Assembly: GCF_009914755.1 (NCBI RefSeq) | Contig: NC_060928.1 | Reading direction: 5' to 3' (one strand) | Origin: the human T2T-CHM13v2.0 reference genome, Homo sapiens | DNA: 64,000 bases | Shown here: positions 12,040 to 25,300 of the stretch, piece after piece | Layout: every line of letters begins with the position of its first letter | Position numbering within the stretch: the first letter of the stretch is position 1 | Program-made: the position numbers and the translations under genes | Notes under the pieces: model-generated | What the model was told of the DNA's origin: nothing | What the model saw: only the letters and a program-made list of their open reading frames with translations | The model's database searches: none

Positions 12040-12345
12040 ATATGCTCATTTATTAGTAATTCTCACAGCAACTCTATAAAGTTGGTCTTATACAATTTTA
12101 CAGACACAGAAACAGAGGCACAGAGAAGTGCCACAGACAACTTGCCCAAGTCCCCCAGTGAGGATGTGGTGGAAACAGCCTTTGCATCCAGTCAGTCTGG
12201 TCTGGCCCCTAAGTTCACATTCGCACCCACTGTACCCTCCTGCTTCTCCAGTCTTTTAAAGCTGAGATTTGTTATCTGAGAAAATGAAGGGGTTAGATTA
12301 GAAAAATCTCTAAAGTTCCTTTCAACTTTAAAATACTTTAATATG
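12040..12345. mobile_element. MIR (minus, ~12040-12248) followed by a MIR3-like piece (plus, ~12270-12345)
   Basis: ATTTTACAGA...GAAACAGAGGCACAGAGAAG...CTTGCCCAAG; ATCTGAGAAAATGAAGGGGTTAGATTAG...TCTCTAAAGTTCCTTTCAAC. Confidence 0.7.
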
Positions 12346-14294
12346 CTATTAGGTTTCTTGTAAAAATATTTGGGTGTGTGAAGTATTTTAAAGTCCTCAG
12401 GGAAAGGATAATGTGGAACAATATTATATACAACTTAAAATGCTATTTTGATGAGAAGTCATAGTAGGTAATTGTAACCCAATTCTGTTTTCAATGTGGA
12501 AAACTTAACAGCTTAAAAAGGAACAGACAGATGGAATTTTGCTAATGTGTCCAAGAAGGAAATATGATTTCACATGCATATTATATGCAAGTTTATGAAT
12601 GCAGTTATAGTGTCTGGAACCTGGCTAGGAAACTATGATGAAAATCAGTGAAGTAAAATATCAAAATAAAACATTGCATGACAACTTCTAACGGGGAGCA
12701 ATGGTGGGACTTTTAATAAAACCACTTGGGAATATTAATGTGATACGTAAGTGGCTGAAGGGTTCTGAGTTTCCCTGGTGATATTCATATATCACAGAGT
12801 GAATGTTAACGGGCAATAACTCAAGAAATGGCATGTTTAGCATACCAGTGGAGAGATGCTGGAGTTGTGATCACCAATGGTACATTATAACATTTTACTT
12901 TGAGTCAGAAGTAAGTAGACCCTAGCTTATAATTTCCTAACAACTTGTTTGGAGCAAAGTTTTGGGATTATAATCTCAATTAAGGATGGAATGTATGTCT
13001 TAGGTAACAAATTCACCTTTGTCTATGTGAAAGGGTAGGGACATTACCAACATATTTCCAATGAAACAGCTTTTGGTGCATTCATGGTAGCAGAGAATTT
13101 ACTCCACATTTAAATACACTCTGGGTAATTAGGAATTGTACTTTTAGCAGGAGATTAAAAAAAACTCTTAACATTTTAAAAATGGCTTTAATAGTAGTTC
13201 TGATTATGCAATTAATTGTTCAAATAACTTCAATTTTTATGTTAAAATCATTTGGTAGTTGGTAAGTGTAAAAGACCTTTATTCCATGCAATACATTTAA
13301 ATTCTAGAAAATGAGCTTTCCTCTCATCTTCCACCAAAACGACTCAAAAGAATGGCACTGCCTTTACTAATTAAAACATATATTTGATAAGTATGACTTT
13401 TTTCTTTCTAATATTTCCTTTATTCAGGGGTTAAATATAAATTCTTGGCTTGTATCCGCCATCCTCTTGAGTAGCACTATTTTCCAGAATTATTCTGCTG
13501 GCATCTGAGGGGTTCATTCTGAAGTAGTTTTTTTTTTTTTTTACCTGTAGTTAAACAAAGATTTTATTTGCCTACTGGAACATTATGTATACTTGCTCAT
13601 CCCAAAAGGAGTGTGTGAATGTGTTTAAAACTATAAGCTGAAATTATTTCTTAAAAAATTATGGTATGAAGGGGATACTATGATTCTTGATTTCTATAAA
13701 AAGAATTATTTCTTAGATATACAATTAATCTCTATATACTATAATTTGCTTCTAATGATAGGTTTATTTTATTGATTACTATCTCAGGATAGAGGAGATG
13801 AAGTCTTAAGGAGCAGAGTTGGTGTATTCAAAAGGTAAATGACACTTGCCAACTTGCCAACCTGGAGCAAAGTGACTTAATAAAATAAACAGAAAAGCAC
13901 CAGGATTCTTTCTTTATTGCAGTATTACAAGTGTAATAATGTCTCTAAACATGTAGAAAAGTAAACTGATGCTACCTTATTTGACTCCTAATAAATTATG
14001 TTGATAACTTGTTAAAAACAAATGATTAGCAAGTAGTATGAATGTATAAATGAGCTGAGATGTATTAAAAAACTACTAACATCCAGGGTGTAATGACTAC
14101 AGAGAAGACAAGAAAGGGGATGGCTGAGCAGTGAAACTTCATTTGCTACTTATTTTGAGAACAGTGACCTGGACCTCTTGTGAAATATTCTCTTGTGATT
14201 TCTCCACCTATAAATAACTTGCTTTGGGTCTGATGGCTTCTAATCAGTGAATAATGATTGTCAACCGGGCCTCAGTTATCAACAGCAACCACGG

Positions 14295-14660
14295 AAGCAT
14301 TTATGGGGCATTTAATCCTCATAACAACCCAGTGAAGTCAGGAATATAATTATCTTCATTTTACCCACGAACAAACTAATACACAATTTAGGCCATTTGC
14401 AAAAAGATCATCAAATAATGCAAATGTAACAAAATATTTATTTTACCCCTGCTATGTTTTAGGCATTGTGCTGGTCCTGAGGATGAAACAGAAGACAGTC
14501 TGTACTCTCAATTCCTGTATAGTCAGCCTTCTGAGAGAAACAGATGACTTCCCGGTCATTACAATATAGAGGCAAAGAGCTAATGCTTGCAGTTCTGCCT
14601 TGATTTGCTGCAAGATATAGAACACATTTATAGGGTCTGAGGGAAGAATTCAGCTGACAG
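14295..14660 (-). mobile_element. MIR followed by L2 fragment
   Basis: CATTTAATCCTCATAACAACCC...CATTTTAC; CAAAATATTTATT...CTGCTATGTTTTAGGCATTGTGCTGG. Confidence 0.55.
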
Positions 14661-14729
14661 TAGCAGAGGAGGCTAAAAGTGTTCTCTTTCTTGTGTGTGC
14701 TTGCTAGTGAAAATAGTCCAAGTTTATCT

Positions 14730-15032
14730 TTTTTGTGTTGTTGTTTTTTGAGACAGAGTCTCGCTGTGTCACCTAGGCTGGAGTGCAGTGGTGCGATCTC
14801 ATGCTCACTGCAACCTCCGCCTCCCAGGTTCAATCAATTCCCCTGCCTCAACCTCCTGATTAGCTGGGATTACAAGTGCACGCCACCACACCCAGCTAAT
14901 TTCTGTATTTTTAGTAGAGATGAGGTTTCACCGTGTTGGTCAGGCTGGTCTCGAACTCCTGACCTCAAGTGATCCACCCACTTCAGCCTCCAAAAGTGCT
15001 GGGATTACAGGCTTGAGCCACCGCACCCGGGC
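14730..15032 (-). mobile_element. AluS (Sx/Sz-like)
   Basis: Full dimer; TSD GTTTATCTTT / GTTCATCTTT. Confidence 0.95.
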
Positions 15033-15514
15033 TGTTCATCTTTATTCTGCTAGATCCACAAGGCTTTAGTTCTTTGTAACCATATCATAGCTTACCACTG
15101 TACCACATGAGAAGCTACTCCTCTCTTTTGCACATGTAATGCCAGAACCTAGATCTTACGTTTATTTCCAGGGCTGTGTTTAGGAGGGTACTTATCTATT
15201 GGGCCAAAGAAAATATACACTTGAGAAAAACACTGAATAATTTTCGAGATACATGGAATTTAAAGCTGGCTGTTTATAAGATCAAGTTACTATTTATAAA
15301 CTCTCAATTTTAATATCAGATGTTTTAGCTGCTGAAGAATGTTTTATTTGTCATTTTGAATGTTTTAACATTTAGAAGCTCACCATTACATGTATTTTCC
15401 AGACACAGGGAACAATTACATAGATTTATAGCATCAGCAGAGCCAGTTGTAGATCTGACTAGATTTAGAAATGAAATGTATAACACACTCGGTCCGTCAT
15501 TGAAACTCTAAATA

Positions 15515-16775
15515 GTGGGAGTAGAGCACCAGGATATCGTCTGCTCTGCTTCTGTTTTCTAGGAACTGCCTCTCCCCTCTAAATTCACACAGTTGTCATA
15601 GGTGCCACCATGTTTCTAAATGTGACAGTTGATTGGTTCAGGGTGGGAGGAAGATCCAAGCTGGGCTAATTGCATTATCTCACTATTTTTTTCTCATTGA
15701 GTAGGCTTGGTTAGTCAGAGTTTATTCTATTTCAGTCCCAGCTGGGTGAAGTGCAATTCAATTCTGGCATTAATTACCTGAAATTAGCAAGCATCAGACT
15801 CCCCATCCTTTGCAAAATAGCTGTCACTTCAGACAACAGTTGCAAGTGGGATTCCCAGGCCACTCACATTTCTGACTCACCAGCTACATACTTGGAGGCT
15901 TTTATAAGTTCAATAATTTGCTAGAACAACTCATAGAACTCAAAGTGTGATGCTTACAATCACAGTCTTCTTATAAAGGATACCACCCAGGAATAGCCAA
16001 ATGAAAGGTCACACAGGGCAAGGTCTGGAGGGTTCCAGGAGTGGATCTTCCATGCTCTCTCCTTACAGAGTCAGGGTGCCCCACCTTCCCAGCACATCAA
16101 TATGTCCATCCACCAGGACATTCCTCTGAGCCTCAGTGTCCAGTCTTTGTTGGGATCTTATTACATAGGCATGATTGATGAACTCATTGGCCATGTCATT
16201 GCAGTCAATCTGTAGCACCCATCCCTTCCCTACAGGTTCAGCGATGGAAAATTCCACCCCTCTTGTCATATCCTTGGTCCTTCTGGTGAGCAGCCTCCAT
16301 CCTGAAGCTAGCTAGGGACCTATAATGACTCACTTCATGAGCATAATGAAGACTCATATTATTCAGGAAATTCCAAGGGTTTTTGAAGCTCTGTACCAGG
16401 ACCTGGGGGCAAAGATCCAATATATTCCTTGAAAGTAGAGTCTATCGTCGGAAATTCTGGTATTAGAACTGAGTGAAAAAAAATCAGTTTCTTTAGCTTC
16501 CAACTTTAGACTCCTATATGGTGAAAGGTAAGACTTAGGGCTGTTGGCTGCTATTTTTCACCAGAAAAATAGAATCCAATGTGTAAGGAGAAAAAGAGAA
16601 ATGAAGCAGATGAAGACAGGAGAAGTTATGAATGAAGGAGAGAGTAAGCGCTTAGAGATTTGAGTCCCTTTTCCAACTTCTTCCTGTCCTCGGCTTCTTT
16701 GAGATTCCACATTATCCTTACTAAATATCCTTTGCTTCTCATTTCGTCCAACTCCAGCTGAATTTCTTAAAACTC
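15515..16775 (+). mobile_element. Old MLT1K/L-like LTR split by MER21
   Basis: GATTGGTTCAGGGTGGG...CCAAGCTGGGCTAAT before the insertion; GAGAAATGAAGCAGA...AAATATCCTTTGCTT after it. Confidence 0.5.
15735..16430 (-). mobile_element. MER21-family LTR
   Basis: TAATTTGCTAGAACAACTCATAGAACTCA; ATTACATAGGCATGATTGAT; CAGGAAATTCCAAGGGTTTT...GGCAAAGATCCAATATATT. Confidence 0.8.
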
Positions 16776-17220
16776 CTAACTGGGCTTTCTACTTGATAGA
16801 GTGAGCAAGTTAATGCTTGTATGGGAATTGAAGTGTTATGTATACTTAAATAACTTTAAACTCCAGGCAGGACTTATTCCCATTTATTACAAATAAGATC
16901 GAAGGTCATTGGCTGCTTTGTACACATGATAATCTTGTTAACTCTTCAAAGTGAGCTTCTTTGGGAATCATTCTCCACCTATTGTCATGTTTTTACTTCT
17001 GCACTCTGACTATGGTCTCTGGCAGTAAAAATATCTTTTTGTTTATAATGTTCTACCGTAGCAGCTGCAACAGAGAACCAGCAATGCAACTCAAGATTTT
17101 GCTCTTGCTGACCCAAGATCTGTTTTGTGTGCAGCTGCAAAATTTGTGTTGATGGCTAGAGATCTGCTTCCTTCTGTCAGCCCTTAGTTGCTTTGAATGT
17201 TATATGTTCCTTTGGGGACC

Positions 17221-17613
17221 GACTATGTTTTGAATGTTTTTGTCCCTTCCAAAATTCATATAGAAACTTAATTCTCAGTACAACAGTATTGGGAAATGTG
17301 ACTTTGGGGAGGTGATTGAGTCCTGAGGGCTCTATCCTCATGAATGGAATTAGGTGTCCTAATCAAAGGGCTTGAGGGAATTCATCCCTTTTTCTCTTTT
17401 TCCTTATGTCATCAGACAGAAGCATTCTGTCATTAACACAGCATTCCAACGGGTGCCATCATGGAAGCAGGGACTGACCTCATCAGACGGTCAACCTACC
17501 AGCACCTTCATCTGGAACTTCCCAGTCTCCAGAACTGTGAAAAATACATTTCTGTTCTTTGTAAACTTCCCAGTCTATGACGGTTGTTATAGCAGCAAAC
17601 ATGGACTAAGACA
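17221..17613 (+). mobile_element. MST-family (MSTC/MSTD-like) MaLR solo LTR
   Basis: CTATGTTTTGAATGTTTTTGTCCCTTCCAAAATTCAT...TTATAGCAGCAAACATGGACTAAGACA. Confidence 0.82.
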
Positions 17614-17779
17614 GAGACTCATAATTGTGGTTTGGGAACCTCAATTTTGGAAAAAGATTCAAGGTCTTGGTAATGCTAGGTAATAGCTGACTCTGAGCTT
17701 TGCATATTTTTGTAAAAGGTCATTGAGTGTATTTATTATCAGTGTATGGAACATATTTGCCCTACATCGTAACTTTCCG

Positions 17780-18135
17780 TGAGCTGGTCTTTCTGCCTGC
17801 AATGCTATTCCCTGAGATAGCGGCATGGCTTGTTTCCTTACTATTAATACTTTCAGGCTTCTTCTCAAGTGTAATCATCTTAGTAATCCTCGCTGACTAC
17901 CCTGTCTAATCAGCCCCCTCCACTTATTCTCTGTCCCTTTATCCTGATTTATTTTTTAGCATTTAACATCTGACATATTGAACATTTATTTGTTCACTTT
18001 TTAATTGTTACTCTGCTCTATTAGAATGTAAATTGTATGAAAGAGGGACACTGTCGATTTTGTAAATTGTTTCATCCCAGCGTCTAGAAAAGTAACGGAT
18101 ACTTTGTAGGAACTAGCAAAAATTTCTTGAATAAA
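17780..18135 (+). mobile_element. L2a 3' end
   Basis: CTGCCTGCAATGCT...TTAGAATGTAAATTGTATGAAAG...TCTTGAATAAA. Confidence 0.7.
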
Positions 18136-18348
18136 AAGAGAAATGGAGAAACGCCTCTGCTGCTCAGCACTTTCTTAATACTCCTGCATGTGGGGGAACT
18201 TCTTGCCTTGTGAAACTTATTTCTCCAAGAAGGCAAGTCAGATATTTGATTTCCAATCTGCCCTTACAGCCTGGGCACCGATCAGATGCACCCACACGAT
18301 ACTCTGATTCAGAAGCTTCAATCTCTACAAAGCATAGGTCAGGAGGAA

Positions 18349-18351
<3 letters not shown>

Positions 18352-18380
<29 letters not shown>
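18352..18380. repeat. (GT)n microsatellite
   Basis: About 14 perfect units. Confidence 0.95.
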
Positions 18381-18594
18381 ACAGTAATAGTGGTAGATGT
18401 TCTAGTAGCCACTGCCTAGTGTCAGTGGTGTGAGCTGCAGTGTCTGTGTCTGGTGGTATAAGCAGTGGATTTTCTATGGCATCATTCTACATGGCTTTGA
18501 GAGTTGTGCTTAGCTGTATAGCCTCCAGATTTTACTCTCTTCCCTTCTCAGTGAGTTTATGAGTTATGTAAGTCACTTAAAAAAAATAAATTCT

Positions 18595-18913
<319 letters not shown>

Positions 18914-19739
18914 AAAATAAGCTCCTTTTCTACTTAAACTAGCTTAAATGAGTTCTGCTGTCAGCAACTGAGAATCTTACTGACTCATAGCTGATTTGAA
19001 TCTGGACAGCATATCCAGAAGTCTATACTTTTACAAATCAACTTAGTAGTTTATAAGCTAGAACATTGTTTTGGGGGATTTTAGTGTTCATCTAGTCAAG
19101 TAACTTTCTATCATTATTTTTATATTAGTTATTTCTTCCAATAACATTTTACAAGAAAGAGGGCACCCAATATTTAAAATTGAAGTTGGTCTGATTGAAG
19201 GGTGGTAGGTGTCAGAATCCTCAAACTCTCTTCCCTCACAGTACCTCAGGCCCCTCATTAGAGTCCTTAAAGAATATAGAACATGTGAATTCATTGACAA
19301 TTTAACCACCTAATTTTCCAGCAGAGAAAATGGATACATAGAAAAGTATAAAAGGCACATAATTAGCGAGAGATCAGTAGCTAGAATGCAGGTATCTCTA
19401 CATTAGTCCAGAGTTTTTGCAGTACTCTTCACTCTAGCCTGAAAATAAAAAAAAAAAGTAATAATCTTTTAAAGTTTTCTTCTGGGCATAGTTTGAGTAG
19501 CAAAAGCAAGAGCGTATTCAAATTTAGGCTTTAAAAGTTTTAACAAATTCAATTAGAAACGTATTTCCCTACTGTACTTGGGAGTACTTAAAAATTGACT
19601 TTATGTGACTTTTAATTTAAAAAGACATAATCCAAGAAACATTTTTCTTGGGATAAAATCTTATTTAAATATTTCTCACCAGCACATGGTAATCTAAGTA
19701 CTATAAATTATACTTTTAAAATTCAAATACATTTAAAAA

Positions 19740-20210
19740 ACAAATCAAATTAAATTATGAGATAGCACTACACACCTATCGGAATGGCTAAAATCCAGAA
19801 CACTGGCAACACCAAGTGCTTACGAAGATGACGATCCACAGGAACTCTCGTTCATGGCTGTTAGGAATGCAAAATGGTACAGCCTCTTTGGAAGACAGGT
19901 AGGCAGTTTCTTATAAAACTAAACACGCTTACTAAACTAAGAGTCATGAATGTGCTCATTGCTATTTACCCAAATTAATTAAAAATGTATGTCCACACAG
20001 AAACCTGTACATGGATGTGTGTAGTAGCTTTATTTATAATTGCCCAAACTTGGAAGCAATCAAGATGCCTTCAGTAGGTGAATGGTGAGGGACATTGCTA
20101 ATAGGGAAGTCTGTGCATGTGTTGGGTTAGGGGTTATATGGGAAATCTCTGTACCTTCCTCTCAGTTTTGCTCTGAATCAAAAACTACTTTAAAAAAGTC
20201 TTAAAACTAA
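19740..20210 (+). mobile_element. L1MC 3' end with internal deletion
   Basis: CACACCTATCGGAATGGCTAAAATCC...GTAGGTGAATGG joined to terminal GGAAATCTCTGTACCTTCCTCTCAGTTTTGCTCTGAA. Confidence 0.85.
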
Positions 20211-20823
20211 TAACAGTGAAAAACACCCAAACTCTGCCAAAATAATATTAACCCTTATGTTAAGTTCATGTGATATATTTATCCTTTTGAAAGTCTCATC
20301 AAATCAAATCAATGAAACAGATATTTTCTATGGCAATGAGGACGTAATAAAATAATCTATTCAATTAGTGAAATGAGTCCCTTCATTTATAAGGCAAATT
20401 CAATTACGTAATATGTAGAGGATCCATTTGAATTTGACCTAAATTTTCTAAACCTAAAAGAATAAACTATGGCATGGGAAATATGATTAACTTCCAAATT
20501 GTCTCAATCACAATTTGAGACAATTTGCAATTTTTGTGCTGTGATTGATGACCTGTCTCAGGGTGAACTATTGAGAAACCAAGAGTCACCAAGAGGCAAC
20601 ATCTTTGATTCTCTCTTTTGTTTCTCTTTGGCAAATGATGATAATTTGTTCCTGGTGATTTGGAAGCCTCTTTTTAAATGCCTTAGCACCCAAAAAGCTG
20701 TAATTTCCTATTACATTGCTGTCTAGGCTAGTACCACAAAGCAACTCTTTTCTAATATTTTTTTCTTATGATTCTTCTCATAAGCATTTAATTTTTTTAA
20801 AGCCATGTCTTATTTGAGATTCC

Positions 20824-20934
20824 TTTTTTTTTAACTTTTATTTTAAGTTCAGGGGTACTTGTGGAGATTTGTTATATAGGTAAACTCGTGTCATGGGGGT
20901 TTGTTGTACAGATTATTTCATCGTCTAGATTACT
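20824..20934 (-). mobile_element. Short L1PA (PA13-like) 3'-end insertion
   Basis: Poly-T plus AGTTCAGGGGTAC...GGTTTGTTGTACAGATTATTTCATC; degenerate TSD TTGAGATTCCTTT / TTGAGAATCTTT. Confidence 0.8.
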
Positions 20935-21490
20935 TGAGAATCTTTAAACTATTTTTTGTTATTGCTAAGTGAGTAGAAGAATTTACCTTCAAATGAATTT
21001 ATATTTTTATATTTTTCTTAGTTCCAAAAAAGAAGTGAGGAATTCCTCAGTGATATAGGACAATTTTATAACTGATGCATCATCGACTTTCTTGTTAGTG
21101 ATAAGAGAGTCATGTAAGTGAAAAAATAGTCTCAGTGCATGTCGTTCAAACTGTGTCTGGTGCTCATGGTTCAATACACCACCCATGACACCTCTACTAT
21201 CCTCACAGCCCCCTCCATAGGCACTAGCGCTGCTACCATTGGCACCACTGTGGCGGTCGGCACTGGATATGTAGAATCCTCAATGCATCAAAGCTTGGAT
21301 ATGCTCCACAACTTCAAGCTGTATTCAGGATTCTCCTTCTCCTCTGAAGACGGGGGTTTTTTATTAGACCTGAAACGGAATTACTGACAGGAAGAAATCT
21401 TTCCTGGAAGTTTTTAAATCCCTCATATAAAAAGACTAATAATTCTTGGATTAATAATTTTGACATCTAAGACCAAATGACCAAATACCA

Positions 21491-21600
21491 TGTAAACCAA
21501 AAAGTGTCTTAGGCAGATCTCAATGGATTTAGAGTTTTATTTCCAAGGTCGAAGGCATGCCCAGGAAAAAGAAACACAAGTTAAAGTAGGATCTTTCCCA
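21491..21600 (-). mobile_element. MER4-group ERV1 LTR 3' fragment
   Basis: TGTAAACCAAAAAGTGTCTTAGGCAGATCTCAATGGATTTAGAGTTTTATTTCCAAGG. Confidence 0.6.
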
Positions 21601-21636
21601 ACAGTGCTGAATGTCTGTCTTTTAGATTTTCCTCAT

Positions 21637-22405
21637 TGCTATGAACTGAATTATGTCCCTCCAAATTCATATGTTGAACCCCTGATCCTCAAGTGACTGT
21701 ACTTGGAGATAGGGACAGTAAGAATGCAATTAAGCTTAAATGAGGTCATTAGGTGTATTAGTCTGTTTTCACACTGCTATAAAAAAAAACCTGAGATTCA
21801 GTAATTTATAAAGGAAAGAGGTTTAATTAACTCACAGTTCTGCATGGCTGGGGAGGCCTCAGGAAAGCTAAAATCATGGCGAAAGGTGAAAGAGAAGCAA
21901 GTACCTACTTCACAAGGCAGCAGAAAAGAGAGAGCGCGAAGGGGACAGAACCCCTTATAAAACCATCAGATCTCATGAGAACTCACTCACTATCATGAGA
22001 ATAGCGTGAAGGTAACCACCCCCCATTATCAAATCACCTCCCGCCAGATCCCTCCCTCAACACCTGGGGATTACAATTTGAGATGAGATTTGGGTGGGGA
22101 CACAAAGCGAAACCATATCATAAGGATGGGACCCTGATCCAATAGGAATTGTGTCTCTATAAAAAGAGACACCTGAACACGCTCTTTCTTGCCCCTCTCT
22201 CTCACCCTCTTTCTCTGACACTCAGAGTAAAGGCCGCATGAGAAGATGGCAGTCTGCAGGGTGGAAGAAAACCCTCACCAGAAACCAAACTCTCAGAGAC
22301 CTTGACTTCAGACTTCCATCCTCTAGAACTGTGAGAAATAGATTTCTGTTATTTAAGCCACCCAGCTGTGGTATTTTGTTATGGCAGCCTAAGCGGACTA
22401 ATACA
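21637..22405 (+). mobile_element. MLT1A solo LTR interrupted by THE1D
   Basis: TGCTATGAACTGAATTATGTCCC...; ends ATGGCAGCCTAAGCGGACTAATACA. Confidence 0.87.
21754..22120 (-). mobile_element. THE1D-like MaLR solo LTR
   Basis: TGTATTAGTC...GAGATGAGATTTGGGTGGGGACACA...AACCATATCA; 5-bp TSD TTAGG/TAAGG. Confidence 0.9.
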
Positions 22406-22846
22406 TTTGCGTTCCAATTCTTGGACCTGGAGGCAGTCATAAATTAGTGAGGAATGACCAAGAATTGTACACAATATCTGAATAACATTTTGCAATGTTA
22501 CATTATTCATATTACTTTAAAATTTATGTATATGCATGTCTAGACAAAACGTGAAACATGACATTGATTCTTTACATTGGCAGCTAGATGGAAATGTAAC
22601 ATTTGATTGTGAATGGTTTTATTTTCATAAAAATATTTCATATGATGTAGTTATATTTTCAAACATAAAATTAAACTTTATATATTTGGATTTTAATTTT
22701 GATATTGATTATAATTTTTATCTTTTAACTTTAATATATATTTTTGAATATTTTAGAGGAAAATTAACAAATGAAAAATATTTTCAAGTTGGTTACAGTT
22801 AGAATTTTTTTACACTTGACAAACAATTGTTTTTAATGCATTAGAT

Positions 22847-23062
22847 CAGAGATCAGCAAACTGTTGCCTGTGGGTCAAATCAGGTCTATTGTTCATTTTT
22901 ATAAAGTTTTATCAGAATGCCTCCACGCTCAAATTTTTATATGTTGTCTATGGCTATTTTCACTCCACAACATCAGAGTTGAGTAATTGCTATCGACACT
23001 ATATAACCCACAAATCTAAAGATAATTACTGGCCTTTTACAGATAAAGTTTGTGGACCCCTG
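22847..23062 (+). mobile_element. MER58A (hAT-Charlie MITE)
   Basis: TIRs CAGAGATCAGCAAACT / AGTTTGTGGACCCCTG; internal TGTCTATGGCTATTTT...CAGAGTTGAGTA. Confidence 0.85.
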
Positions 23063-24814
23063 ATTTATATAACAGAGAACGTGTTCACTTGGAAATCATG
23101 ATATAAATATAAAATACCAAAGTGGATCTTAAAAGCAAAAAAGCAAAAACATTTAAAACTAATGCTTCAAATTTAAATACCTGGAAGCTGAAAAGTGAGC
23201 AGACTTTTGTAGAGCGTGACCTATATAAAATTTGCAAGCAGGACATTACAAACTCTTTATTTAAAGAAGATTTAATGAAAATGAGCAAAAATATTATTCT
23301 TATGAAATTCACAACTAGAACTGGCTTAGATGCAACCCTGCAATGTCAAATTCTTCATTAAATGAAGGTGTAACCACTGGCCAAAACAATGAGAATGCAA
23401 GAGATAGTTAATCCTAACAAAGTCATACTTCAGAGATGGTAAATATACCTTTGGCCAGCTCATTAGAAATTGAAGAAAACTACATTCATAAAATCTGAAA
23501 ACTGGATAAGAAAGTCAGAACCCCTGGAACTTTACTCTGTTTATTGGATGATGATTCTGGAAAAACGGCTGTCATATCCTGACATGAGTGAGACTGTTTC
23601 TAGCAAAGCAAAATCTGATTCAAATCAATGAATAAATTTTTCCATTAGATAAACATGGCAGCACATTTATATTTCATTTTCAACCCAAATTCTTTCAAAT
23701 TGGGAAAGAAGTTATTCTATTCTAAGTTCAAAGACAAAGTATCTTGTCACTACTGTTATGCATTTCTCAACCAATGTTCATGATTGGTTTTGGCGAATGA
23801 AGATACTTGTCACTGGAAACACATTGTTAATTAAAAGAATGTGAAATGTTACATGCATATAACATTAGCAAATATTAGAACTGAAAATTAAAAGACTGAG
23901 TAAATGACAAACAATTGATTTTTTTGGCAAAGAAGTAAATATAGAACAAAATACAAAATACTGTTATAATGTTCTTAAAATAATATTGAAAGATAATATG
24001 TGTATAATATTTGGAAAAACACACAATGAGGCTTATTGTAGCATTAATATTTATTTTAAAAAATAAAAGCTTTTTAGATTCAGTAGAGATAATTTCCAAT
24101 TTGTTAATAGAATGGCTGAAAATGTAGTTATGAATTAAAAATAATGAAAAATACGACTTCTATCTGGGATGGAGAATTCAAATTAGATCATTAACTTATT
24201 GGATAAGAAAGTGGGGGAAAAACACATAAAAAGTAAATATTTCAAAAGTCACACTGAGACATTCTTCAAATAAAAAGCAAATTGTGGTTTTTATTAGAAA
24301 ATGAATTATGAATTTAATTATGAATATGTACTATCCATGTTGCTTGCTCATAATAATATTAACAAAAGATAATGACCATCTCCACTCCAAATGTGTGTGG
24401 CTACTTCATTTTCAAAAGGATTAAAATAAATAACTAAATAACTAAATAAATACCTTTAGAAAAAATGCTTTTTCTAAATTGCAAGAAACTGCACGTGATA
24501 TATGCAACATTCCATTGAAATACATGGAAATTACAAGGAGAAATGAAAATGTTTCATTGGCTCTACAGGAAAAGATTCATGTACAAATAGTCTCCAAACT
24601 AAATTTAATAGACTATTTTTTTTGGCCATTAGAACGCAGGTTATCATTTCAACTGAAGAGAGATTAGGACAAATTGAACAACACTGCTGTTTTCAGTTCT
24701 CTTTATAAACACCCAGATATACACAATAAAAGTTAAATTCAGTTTTCTTTGCTATTTTGTCAACTTTCAGTTATCTATAAACTGTAGCTTTACATATATT
24801 TTTCAATTTTGAAA

Positions 24815-24972
24815 AAAAGTTAATTATTTTGAGGACATAATAAGTGTTTATATTCATTAGGTACATGTGATGTTCTGATACAGGCATGCAATTGTAATAA
24901 TCACATCAGGTTAATTAGGTCTCCATCACCTCAAGGATTTATCATTTCTTTGTCTTAGAAACATTTCAATTA
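24815..24972 (-). mobile_element. L1MA 3'-end fragment
   Basis: GGTACATGTGATGTTCTGATACAGGCATGCAA...TCCATCACCTCAAG. Confidence 0.75.
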
Positions 24973-24988
24973 GAACATATTAAATATC

Positions 24989-25300
24989 TTTTATTATTAT
25001 TATTATTATTACTATTTTGAGAAAAAGTCTCACTTTCACTCAGGCTGGAGTGCAGTGGCTCAATCTCAGCTCATGCAACCTCTGCCTCCTGAGTTCAAGT
25101 GATTCTTTTGCCTCAGCCTCATGAGTAGCTGGGATTGCAGGCATGCGCCACCGCCACGCCCGGCTAATTTTTGTATTTTTAGTAGAGATGGGGTTTCACT
25201 ATGTTGGCCAGGCTGCTCTCAAACTCCTGACCTCAGGTGAGCCTCACATCTCAGCCTCCCAAAGTGCTGGGATTACAGGCGTGAGCCACTGAGCCCAGCC
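24989..25300 (-). mobile_element. AluSx-like with (TTA)n tail
   Basis: Full dimer; TSD AAATATCTTT / AAATATTTTT. Confidence 0.95.

Noticed and set aside
21378-21412. ELLTGR..FPG similarity to a MAP-kinase subdomain
   Set aside because: It needs a frameshift, covers under 12 residues and lacks the preceding DIWSVGC motif; probably chance
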